From: Eubacteriales bacterium
GTDB taxonomy: Bacteria > Bacillota > Clostridia > Oscillospirales > CAG-272
Length of the DNA stretch: 64,000 nt
Assembly: GCA_034101145.1 (NCBI GenBank)
Contig: JAXEKG010000004.1
Location: 40,987 to 104,986, forward strand
Direction of reading: 5' to 3'
Positions 55,764 through 64,000 of the stretch are shown in pieces. Position 1 is the stretch's first letter. Each line of letters starts with the position of its first letter. Position numbers and translations under genes: made by a program. The notes below the pieces were generated by a model that had not been told where the DNA came from, ran no database searches, and worked only from the letters and a program-made list of their open reading frames with translations.

Positions 55764-58034
55764 ATGAAGATAGTATTAAATAACGGAAAATTTGAATTAA
55801 TAAATGTATTTAAAAATTGGGTCCCATATATTGAAGCGGACGGTGAGATAGAGTATCCGCTGGAAATAATACAAACCGAGGAAAACAAATTCAGAATCAG
55901 ATTTCAAAGGATTGAATGGCTCTGGAAGGCTGTATGCACAGAGGAACGTCTGTTAATCAGCTCTGAGCTTATAAATACCTCAGACAGTAATATATCTCTG
56001 GGTAAGCTCACCATTCTCAGTTCAGATGCCGGTATTCTGGCGGACGCAGAGGATGTACGCGCTTTGGGTGTTCCTAACAGAGGACAGGAATCAAGGAAAG
56101 TTCTGAATGTGACATCCCCGGGTGCACAGGAAGAAAGTCAGATTAAATTTCAATTTTATTCTTCATCAAAGTCTGTAGCGTTACAGATTGGATTTATAGG
56201 TTTTCAAAGACTTTTAACAAAGGTTGGACGTAAAATTAAAGATGGTCGGATAGATGGATTTACCGCTTACGGAGATTTTGGCGGATGGGTTCTGGAAGCC
56301 GGACAAAAAACACCGTTTGAGGAGTTTACAGTTGCATGCGGAGAATCACCGTTTGCTCAGCTTGAGGAATGGGCGACTATTGTTGCAGATCGTATAAAGC
56401 CTGTTTTCAGCGATAAACCTGCACTTGGCGTAAGTTTAGCAGGCGGATGGACATATACAGATAAAAAAGGTGGAACAAAGGAAGAGGCCGTGCTTGCAAA
56501 TCTTGATGCGGTAAATGAAAGACTTGCCGGATACGGATTTGAATATGTATGGGTCAGCAACTCAAATATTACCGACGGAAATGTAGGGGACTGGTACGGT
56601 TGGAATAAAAAAAATTGGCCTAACGGACCTGAGTATTTTATTTCCGAGGTTAACAAGCGGGGATTTAAAGCAGGGCTTTGGAGCGGTCCGTTCCTGATAA
56701 GTAATAAACTGACAGCGCTTGTAGAAGAGTTATGGGACGCTTTGTATAAAACACCGGATGGCAAACCCATGGTATTTATTAAAGGCTGGAGACACGGTGA
56801 TGCCGGAAAATATCCTGTAAATGAAAGACCGGATCTTTACGGACTTGACGCGTCTCATCCAAAAGCTATTGAATTTATACGCAAGGTATTTACATATTGG
56901 CACGATATGGGAATACGTTATTATATGATAGATTTCGTACGTGTGGGTGCGGGAAATCTTGATGCGGCTCCCTCGTTTTCTCATGCCAATCCAAAGCTTG
57001 TTAAAGGTGCCGAAAGCTTCTGCGGATTTATGAAAGCAATCAGAGAGGCGGCCGGCGAGGACACATATCTGCTTATTTCGAGCGGACCAACCTTCCAATG
57101 CAGCGGATATACAGATGCAATGCGGACAGGTAATGATTTTGGTGAAGGAAGAGCGATTAACCCGGAGGCATTCTTCTATCCGGCAAGCTTTATAATTAAT
57201 GCACTTGATTTCTGGACGGGACCGGAAAGAGCGCTATATAATATGGCTTCTTATTATACTCACCGAAAATTGTACTTTAACGATATTGGAAATGTCCTGA
57301 CATTAGATCAGCCTATTCCTTTGGAGTATGCACGTATTTCAGCTACAATTCATGGTATGAGCGGCAGTGCAACCATGATCGGAGACAGTATAAGCATTAT
57401 TTCAGACGAAAGACTTTCAATGATAAAAAAGACTCTTCCAAGACACCGCGAACAAGCCTTCCCCGAAGATTTATTCACTCATAAAGAGGGGCATCCGCCG
57501 CGTATTTCAAGATATAACTTTAAAGATTCTTCTGTAATTGCCGTATATAATATTACAGATGAGCAGGAGACTCATGTTCTGAAATTTGACGGAGAGTTTG
57601 TTGTATGGGAGTTTTGGAATGAGCTTTTCTGCGGCAGCGGGAAAGATAGTTTTAAGGTGACAATTCCTCCCGGAACAGTAAGAGTATTTCATTTTGTAAG
57701 AAAAACAAAACATCCTTGCCTCATAGCGACCGATATGCATTTACTCATGGGCGAATTGGATACAGAAACACAATGGAAAGACAATACCTTACATATGACG
57801 GTCAAACGTCCGGCAGCAGAAAGAGGAAGTATATACGTTTATACACCGGTCGGGTATTATATAAAGAATGTAAACGACTGTATGATTGCCAAGGACGGGG
57901 TAACAGACGAGGTTATTGTACGTGTTCCGTGTATATTGGATAAAAACGGCGAGTGGCATGGTGAAGTAAACTTTGGACTTATTGCGGGTTCAGAAGACTT
58001 GGCTGAGGAAACAGAGGACAGAAAATTTGAATAA
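55764..58034 (+). CDS. GH36-like (clan GH-D, melibiase-type) glycoside hydrolase
   Basis: GFEYVWVSNSNITDGNVGDWYGWNKKNWPNGPEYFISEVNKRGFKAGLWSGPF and IRYYMIDFV resemble the GH36 catalytic-core pattern. ATG at 55764 with a GAAAGGAA RBS. Confidence 0.6.
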   Translation: MKIVLNNGKFELINVFKNWVPYIEADGEIEYPLEIIQTEENKFRIRFQRIEWLWKAVCTEERLLISSELINTSDSNISLGKLTILSSDAGILADAEDVRALGVPNRGQESRKVLNVTSPGAQEESQIKFQFYSSSKSVALQIGFIGFQRLLTKVGRKIKDGRIDGFTAYGDFGGWVLEAGQKTPFEEFTVACGESPFAQLEEWATIVADRIKPVFSDKPALGVSLAGGWTYTDKKGGTKEEAVLANLDAVNERLAGYGFEYVWVSNSNITDGNVGDWYGWNKKNWPNGPEYFISEVNKRGFKAGLWSGPFLISNKLTALVEELWDALYKTPDGKPMVFIKGWRHGDAGKYPVNERPDLYGLDASHPKAIEFIRKVFTYWHDMGIRYYMIDFVRVGAGNLDAAPSFSHANPKLVKGAESFCGFMKAIREAAGEDTYLLISSGPTFQCSGYTDAMRTGNDFGEGRAINPEAFFYPASFIINALDFWTGPERALYNMASYYTHRKLYFNDIGNVLTLDQPIPLEYARISATIHGMSGSATMIGDSISIISDERLSMIKKTLPRHREQAFPEDLFTHKEGHPPRISRYNFKDSSVIAVYNITDEQETHVLKFDGEFVVWEFWNELFCGSGKDSFKVTIPPGTVRVFHFVRKTKHPCLIATDMHLLMGELDTETQWKDNTLHMTVKRPAAERGSIYVYTPVGYYIKNVNDCMIAKDGVTDEVIVRVPCILDKNGEWHGEVNFGLIAGSEDLAEETEDRKFE

Positions 58035-58086
58035 ATGAGTAATACAGTATCTGTTAAGTATCTGTTAAAATAAGGGAGAAAAATAT

Positions 58087-58962
58087 ATGAAAGCGGTTAT
58101 TTTGGGAATGCCGGAGGGCGCAGACGGAGTAAGAGGCGGTATGGATGGCTCAGGCTGCCGTATTGTTGAGGTAGGTACTCCGTCAAAAAAGCTTCTTTTT
58201 AATGAAATAAATGCGTGCATAGACGGTTTGCGTGATGGCGGAGTGGATGAAATTATTGTGCGTGATCTGCAGCCCGACAGCGGATTTTTCACTATTCATG
58301 ACTTGAGACCCGGAACTATGCTTATGACCGTTCGTGATGCAGCAGGTCCGCAGATTATAGCTGATGCAAGCGTCGATATGGTGCTGATTTTGGGAGCATA
58401 TGCGATGAATAACACAAAGAATGGATTTCTGGCACATACCATGGATAGCCGGGTGGTTGAGTCACTGACTCTGAATAATCAGCCTATCGGAGATTTGGGA
58501 ATTTACATTTTAAATGCTGCTTATTTCGGTGTACCTACGGTATTGGTGTCGGGTGACATGGCTGCTTGCTGTGAGGCCGAGGAATTTGCAGGGCGGCTTG
58601 AGACTGTTGTAACAAAGAAGGGAATAGGGCGATACAGAAGTTTAAACCGTCCTGCTGAAGAGGTTTACAGAGAATTAAGGGAAAAAAGTGCAAGGGCTGC
58701 AAAAAAAATCAGGGAGTATAAGGCTAAGGAATTACCGGAAAGCTTTGAAATCAGAATCAAAATGCAGTCTGCCAATTTTACCGTTGATTATTTTCGCCGT
58801 GGTGCAGAGATACGTGATAATACGACGGTGATTTTAAAAGGCAATGATTTTATAGATTTGTATTCGCAATTACATGGATGGGCACCCGGAGCGCATAAAA
58901 AGAGGTATGGTGTTACAAAGGATACACATGACTTTTTTACAGTCAAACAGCTTAGTATATAG
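58087..58962 (+). CDS. M55 (DppA-type D-aminopeptidase) family paralog lacking most metal ligands
   Basis: Collinear with the next gene and with B. subtilis DppA as I recall it. The ligand positions differ: GMPEG (for TDLEG), RDLQ (for DSH), GAYAM (for GCHSR), IGDLG (for IGEAE). Confidence 0.72.
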   Translation: MKAVILGMPEGADGVRGGMDGSGCRIVEVGTPSKKLLFNEINACIDGLRDGGVDEIIVRDLQPDSGFFTIHDLRPGTMLMTVRDAAGPQIIADASVDMVLILGAYAMNNTKNGFLAHTMDSRVVESLTLNNQPIGDLGIYILNAAYFGVPTVLVSGDMAACCEAEEFAGRLETVVTKKGIGRYRSLNRPAEEVYRELREKSARAAKKIREYKAKELPESFEIRIKMQSANFTVDYFRRGAEIRDNTTVILKGNDFIDLYSQLHGWAPGAHKKRYGVTKDTHDFFTVKQLSI

Positions 58963-58977
58963 GATGGAGATTTTTAT

Positions 58978-59838
58978 ATGAAAGTAATGATATTGACTGA
59001 TTTGGAAGGGTGTGCGGGAACAGAGGGAACCAAGCGTGAAGGTATGCCCGGCAATAGTGCTTTTACAACTCCGGCAATGATAAAATCACTTACGAATGAA
59101 ATTAATGCATGCGCTGAGGGATTGTTTGCAGCGGGTGCAAAGGAGGTTCTTGTCTGGGATAGTCATGGTGGCGGACGTAATTTCAGCATAGATTCACTTT
59201 TGCCCGGGATTACCATGGCGATGATGCAGGATCCGTTTGGCTCGGTTTGTCATCTTGATGCATCCTTTGATGCAGCTGTACAGATAGGGTGCCATTCTAG
59301 ACAGGGAGTTATTAACGGATACTTAAACCATACCCGTAACAGCTCTGAGGTTGCAGAAATTACCATAAACGGTAAGCCGATAGGAGAAGCGGAATTTGCT
59401 ATTTTAAGAGCCGGTTTTTTCAATGTGCCGCATATACTTGTAGCAGGAGAATACAGCGCGGTGCGTTCGGCACTTGAGTTTAACGGGGAACCTCTTGAGA
59501 CGGTTGTATGTAAACGTGGATATTCAAGATATTCCGTTTTGCACCGTCCACCGGAGGAGGTTTGCCGGGAAATACGATTTAAGTCTGAAAGAGGCTTAAA
59601 GAATCTGGAAAAATTCAGGGTGAAAAAAATTGATGAACCCATAACAGTTACATTAACCGTCATGTGTCCGAATCAATTGGAAAAATATATTCTGCGCGGT
59701 TGTGAACAGATAGGCGATACTACCGTGCGAATGTCGGAAACTGATGCAATAGACGCTTTAGCGCAAATGTGTAATTTTTCTGCGGGTGTGCATAATAAGA
59801 TTTTTGGCATTGATAATACAACAGCAAATATAATATAA
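58978..59838 (+). CDS. M55-family metallopeptidase (DppA-like D-aminopeptidase)
   Basis: MKVMILTDLEGCAG, VWDSHGGG, IGCHSRQG, PIGEAE and VAGE motifs match the DppA zinc-ligand pattern. Confidence 0.8.
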   Translation: MKVMILTDLEGCAGTEGTKREGMPGNSAFTTPAMIKSLTNEINACAEGLFAAGAKEVLVWDSHGGGRNFSIDSLLPGITMAMMQDPFGSVCHLDASFDAAVQIGCHSRQGVINGYLNHTRNSSEVAEITINGKPIGEAEFAILRAGFFNVPHILVAGEYSAVRSALEFNGEPLETVVCKRGYSRYSVLHRPPEEVCREIRFKSERGLKNLEKFRVKKIDEPITVTLTVMCPNQLEKYILRGCEQIGDTTVRMSETDAIDALAQMCNFSAGVHNKIFGIDNTTANII

Positions 59839-60029
59839 TTCAGCTCATAGCAATAACACTCCTTTTGGACCGCTTTTTAATTGTGGATTCAACTCAATTA
59901 TAAAGAAAAAGGGGGTTATTGCTATATTTTTATGCAAAAAAAGAACCCGATCGGATTGTTTTAATTGGCCGGTGTGCATCGGCGAGATGTTAAAGTCAGA
60001 GGACCGTTTCAGACATGCAGCAGTAACGT

Positions 60030-60245
60030 AGTTAACATCAAGTTGAACCCTTTGGACGGGATAAGGCATTAGTAATGTATCACCGTTATAATTCCGCCCA
60101 CCGAGTCGGCCGAAAACCCTTCCGTTACAATATTACCGCTTTGCATCAGCTCCGTAACGTATCTCTGCAAAACAAGCGGTGTCAGTTCGTCAAATTTTAC
60201 TTTCAGGTGCTTCTCTATCATTTCACAGTACCTTTCGCAAATTTT
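60030..60245 (-). pseudogene. tyrosine-integrase N-terminal (SAM-like) fragment
   Basis: MIEKHLKVKFDELTPLVLQRYVTELMQSGNIVTEGFSADSVGGIITVIHY, then a stop, then LIPSKG in frame. No catalytic domain follows. Confidence 0.5.
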
Positions 60246-60375
60246 GATGGAGAGGACGGGGAAAAACGTCTTTTCCAAAAGGCCTCCTCCACACCTGAAT
60301 AAAACTATACCCCATGCGCCAAAGCGCATGGGGTACCGTTTGATGCTGTTGCGCTTGCAACGGCATCCCTTTCTT

Positions 60376-61109
60376 TTACACCGCAGAGCCGCCCTTGCGC
60401 ATAAGTGCGCGCACCGCTGTGCCGTCGATGTCAAAAACGGCCTTTCCGCTGTCAAGACATACTGCGGCCGCGCATCCGGCCGCCTCGCCGAGTTGGTTCA
60501 GGTTGACCATCACGCGCAAAGCGCCAAACGCACCGCTGTCTGCGTTGAGCATCCGCCCGGCGGGGATGACGTTTGCCCATGTCTCTTGCACCAGAATGTC
60601 AAAGGGCACCTGATAGTAGGTGGCAGGCCCGCCTTGACGGCGCCGCGCCCGTCATGGTCCTCTACGATGACGGCCTCCAGGCAACTGCCCTCTGTCATAG
60701 TTCCGCAGACCTTGGTGTGAAAGCGCACGTCAATGCCGCATTCTGCCCTCATCTCGTCCAGCACAAACGCCAACTCCACGGGATTGAAGTTATACGCCAC
60801 GCTTCTGTTTGAAGACTTTGCGAGAGCCCCTCGCCCCTCCAACCGTGCCAGCACCTCCGTTGTCAGCCCTGCGATAATCTGTTGTTTGTCTTCCGTGTCG
60901 TTCAGTGAGTGCCAGATGTTGACCAGCCCGTTAACGGCCGCCGCGCCCAACACATTCGTCTCTTCACACAAAATGACCGAACAGCCCAACCTTGCAGCAC
61001 GAATGGCGGCAAACACGCCGGTGCAGCCGCCGCCACATACGCAGACATCTGCCTCCCCCACCACGGGGAGCTGTTTTTCGGGCTCACAAATCGTATGTTT
61101 CATATCCAA
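60376..61109 (-). pseudogene. FAD-dependent oxidoreductase (PF12831-like) with a large internal deletion and a frame change
   Basis: The N-terminal ~160 aa (VCVCGGGCTGVFAAIRAARLG...) are joined out of frame near 60610-60630 to the C-terminal ~75 aa (YYQVPFDILV...IPAGRMLNAD..ALRVMVN..GEAAG). The segment is visibly GC-rich. Confidence 0.62.
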
Positions 61110-61264
61110 GGTTCCTTTCTCATGGCAATCGATGATAAGTTTCTACTATACACACCCTGCCCGTCATAGTAAAACGCGGCAGTCCGTGAGTCGGTCACGA
61201 AGATTCTTCCGGAAGAAACAGTGCTTACGCCGGGGAGATTCCGGCGGCTTCATGCGCCGAACAG

Positions 61265-61672
61265 GTGGGAAGGCAGGCGCAGAACAGCAAAACAGAGGAG
61301 GAAATCCGCAGAATCGGCTCTATGGCGAAGGACGAGCTTTTTGATACCGCAAAGCAGCTACAGGTTCCTTACGAGCTTGTACTTTACGTCCACGAGCACA
61401 AGAAGCTTCCCGTCGTAAACTTTGCGGCAGGCGGTGTTGCAACTCCTGCGGACGCGGCACTCATGATGCAACTCGGCGCAGAGGGCGTCTTTGTAGGCTC
61501 GGGCATCTTTAAGTCGGGCAATCCGGAAAAGAGAGCCGCCGCTATTGTAAAAGCGGTAACCAATTTCAATGACGCAAAGATGCTTGCAGAGCTTTCGGAA
61601 GATCTCGGCGAGGCTATGGTAGGAATCAATGAGCAGGAAATTGAGCTTTTAATGGCAAAGAGAGGTAAATAA
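61265..61672 (+). pseudogene. pdxS: pyridoxal 5'-phosphate synthase subunit PdxS, C-terminal ~125 aa only
   Basis: [27 protein letters not shown]...[37 protein letters not shown]. Upstream (61190-61265) only degenerate, frame-shifted similarity remains (EETVLTPG; [11 protein letters not shown] versus MLRTKGEPGTG). The N-terminal ~half of the gene is absent. Confidence 0.8.
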
Positions 61673-61675
61673 AAT

Positions 61676-62239
61676 ATGCAAATTGCTGTCCTTGCCTTGC
61701 AAGGGGCTTTTATAGAGCATGAGCAGATGCTTGAACGTCTCGGGGTTTCTTGTGTCGAAATTCGTCAGAAGCGTGATATGGACCGACCTTATGATGGCTT
61801 GATTATACCGGGCGGAGAGAGCACCGTACAAGGGAAGCTTATGCGCGAACTTGGGCTGTTTGAGCCTATAAAAAAGCAGATTGAAAACGGACTGCCTGTA
61901 TTCGGAACCTGTGCAGGTCTGCTTTTGCTTGCAAAGAAAATCGAAAACGATGAGTGTCGGCACTTTGCGACAATGGATATTACCGCCGTGCACAACGCTT
62001 ACGGCAGACAGCTCGGAAGTTTTTATACAGAGGCTGATTTCAAAGGAATCGGGAAAATTCCGATGACATTTATTCGTGCTCCTTATATTGATTACGTTTC
62101 CGATAACGTCGAAATATTGGCAACTGTGGACGGAAAAATTGTAGCCGCAAGGCAGAAAAATCAGCTCGTTACCTCATTTCACCCCGAACTTAACAGCGAT
62201 TTGTCCGTACACCGCTATTTCCTGAAAATTGCAGAATAG
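61676..62239 (+). CDS. pdxT: pyridoxal 5'-phosphate synthase glutaminase subunit
   Basis: [27 protein letters not shown] (catalytic Cys), FHPE motifs. Confidence 0.9.
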   Translation: MQIAVLALQGAFIEHEQMLERLGVSCVEIRQKRDMDRPYDGLIIPGGESTVQGKLMRELGLFEPIKKQIENGLPVFGTCAGLLLLAKKIENDECRHFATMDITAVHNAYGRQLGSFYTEADFKGIGKIPMTFIRAPYIDYVSDNVEILATVDGKIVAARQKNQLVTSFHPELNSDLSVHRYFLKIAE

Positions 62240-62373
62240 TGAGGGTTATTCATCAATGGCTTTCTGCCGATTCAGCATCATATAATAATGAGAGTAATGG
62301 ACATTTAAAAGGAAAAACTTAATGGTTTTCGGGAAAATATTTCTTTCAATATTTTTTGAGCGGCATATAAATC

Positions 62374-63056
62374 CTATCTATTGACTGTGAAACTCGCTTC
62401 GCTAATACCGTAATGTTCGGCAACCTCTGCCTGCGTTTTTTCTTCAGATAAAATCATGAAAATCATTTCTCGTTGACTCGGTTTCAACCGTCCAAGCGAA
62501 TTATGTATGCGTTTTTTATTTCGTCCTTCTCTGCTTTATCATTTTTCTTTCGGACTTTCTTCATCGCCGAAGGCTCATAGCCCGTTTCTTCATATATTTG
62601 GTAAAGTAAATCCGTCCTTGCCTTAATTCTGCGGTCTTTTATGTCTGCAAAAATCGCGGTTCGGTTTTTCAATTTTCCGTTACTGTTCTTCGTTTTTACT
62701 TTTACGGTAATGCTTTTGAATTGCTCGGTTTTGTAAGTTACTTTTTTATATGTAGTAAGTGTTATAAAAGTTTCCAAAACTTCTCCGTTACCAAAATTCT
62801 TCTTTTTGTTCTTCGAGTTTCTTTTTGAGCGCAAATTCACGACTGACGTCCGAACCGGATAACTCGTAAACGGTCTGCCGTCTAAAATATGTATTATCCT
62901 CTTATAACAGCTTTCCCTTCCGTCTTTTTTCTCGACAAGAACCTGATCGCCTTCTTTGCTGCAAACGATATTGTCCGCCGTGTTTTCCCCGCACATATAA
63001 AACCATAAATGTTTATCATTGAAATGTTTTATCTTATTGTGCGAAAACATTGACAA
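62374..63056 (-). pseudogene. Lys-rich protein whose C-terminal sigma-70 region-4-like HTH lies in another frame
   Basis: The 190-aa ORF ends ...KNAYIIRLDG. In a different frame the sequence continues LGRLKPSQREMIFMILSEEKTQAEVAEHYGISEASFTVNR, then a stop at 62374-62376. Confidence 0.5.
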
Positions 63057-63078
63057 TATATGGAATATACTATATACT
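63050..63078 (+). promoter_or_regulatory. candidate promoter of the lipoprotein gene
   Basis: TTGACA, a 17-nt spacer, then TATACT. Confidence 0.45.
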
Positions 63079-63114
63079 ATTTATAGTAGAATTAATATTA
63101 CGGGAGGTGCTGAA

Positions 63115-64000
63115 ATGCGGAAAATAATTTATGCGATTTCACTTTTGCTGATTGTCTGTATCATGTTAAGTGCCTGTGTTGAAACAGATTCCAATGATAC
63201 ATTGACAAGCACGAATAAAACCGACGCTTCGCAAACAGAGAGGGACTATACATATATTGAATGCCGTAAAACTTCAGATTATAACGAAACTTACCTTGCC
63301 TTGGGTGAGAGTTCTCTTTTACTCAGTGTTTCGTTGCCATCGGGATGGGAACTGAATGAAAACAGTGAAGGTTATGAGATACTGCGGGATGAAACCGTCG
63401 TTGGCAGGATATATCCCGGATATACTCCGGAAGAGTATGAAAATAACTGCATGGATCTTCAAACCATATCTATAGATGGAGACATTATTGTAGATACATA
63501 CATTTTGAAAACATCAGATAGTCCTTCCGGGTATACGAGATGTTACTGCTACTACTATATGGACGGGGACGAAGAGATAGGTATGGTATTGGAGACCGAT
63601 TATGCCGAGATAGACTATTCCGCCAATGACATGCTGATATACTCCTGTGAGAATGTTGATGCTGTAAATGATTCCTGCAAAGGAAGTTTGGATAAATTCC
63701 CCGCCAACGGCAAGGATGCAGTGCTTATCCTCGGAAACAGCTTTATCAATTCATCAAAGATAGGTGGTATTCTGAGCTCTATGATACAAAAAGCCGGAAT
63801 GAGTACATCGGTATATGCGAGTTCAATAGGATATGCCAACGTACAGACTTATGTGCAGAATACAGATTATATGAATCGCATCAAGAACGGGGAATACGGC
63901 GTGGTATTCATGTGCGGGTTTTACAACCAGTCAGCGGTAGACAGCCTGGAAAGTATAGTGAACGCCTGCAAGTCATCAAGAACTATGCTGGTAATTTTCC
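63115..64000 (+). CDS. lipoprotein (partial; continues beyond the window end), possible SGNH-like C-terminal part
   Basis: Absent from the track (no stop within the window). GGGAGGTG RBS. My translation reads MRKIIYAISLLLIVCIMLSACVETDS... (lipobox LSAC) ...AVLILGNSFINSSKIGG... Confidence 0.6.
   Translation, partial: MRKIIYAISLLLIVCIMLSACVETDSNDTLTSTNKTDASQTERDYTYIECRKTSDYNETYLALGESSLLLSVSLPSGWELNENSEGYEILRDETVVGRIYPGYTPEEYENNCMDLQTISIDGDIIVDTYILKTSDSPSGYTRCYCYYYMDGDEEIGMVLETDYAEIDYSANDMLIYSCENVDAVNDSCKGSLDKFPANGKDAVLILGNSFINSSKIGGILSSMIQKAGMSTSVYASSIGYANVQTYVQNTDYMNRIKNGEYGVVFMCGFYNQSAVDSLESIVNACKSSRTMLVIF

Noticed and set aside
59848-59925. Inverted repeat ATAGCAATAAC...GTTATTGCTAT with a ~55-nt loop after the second M55 gene, considered as a mobile-element end.
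   Set aside because: It is a single copy followed by a T-run. It is most simply a long-loop terminator next to the integrase scar, with no matching partner sequence.

Overview
This is a chromosomal segment of a medium/low-GC, spore-forming Firmicute that looks Clostridia-like. Supporting signs are a CotF-type coat gene, a T-box leader, an IspH-S1 fusion and the Ddh route to lysine. Housekeeping content: dxr(partial)-cdsA-uppS-frr-pyrH, ddh-dapB, T-box-thrS, tspO, mscL, dinB, gltX, a translationally coupled flavoprotein / cmk-plsC fusion / ispH-rpsA fusion operon, a multidomain flavodiiron protein, pdxT, tmRNA and tRNA-Lys. Carbohydrate content: GH28, GH20, two GH36-type enzymes, a PfkB kinase, PF12831-type flavoproteins, and AraC, RpiR and XRE-kinase regulators. 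Envelope content: a ydjGHI-like SPFH/TPM/zinc-ribbon operon, a deacetylase lipoprotein and a 791-aa beta-helix surface protein. I see no CRISPR array, no intact integrase, transposase or reverse transcriptase, and no obviously complete large novel system. What stands out is a mosaic, relic-rich zone around ssrA/smpB/tRNA-Lys (about 7.0-14.2 kb). It holds duplicated 3'-flank modules, paralogous hairpins, tRNA-Lys att scars, a decayed WYL regulator, an apparently frameshifted smpB, and a small AT-rich operon of an HTH protein plus two unknown proteins abutting ssrA. Other notable points are a MITE-like inverted-repeat element family that carries terminators, a tandem M55 peptidase pair in which one copy has lost its metal ligands, and a pdxS gene destroyed next to a GC-rich fragment with an integrase remnant. 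All functional calls rest on motifs I recognise by eye in the supplied translations or in my own translations. No database search was run.
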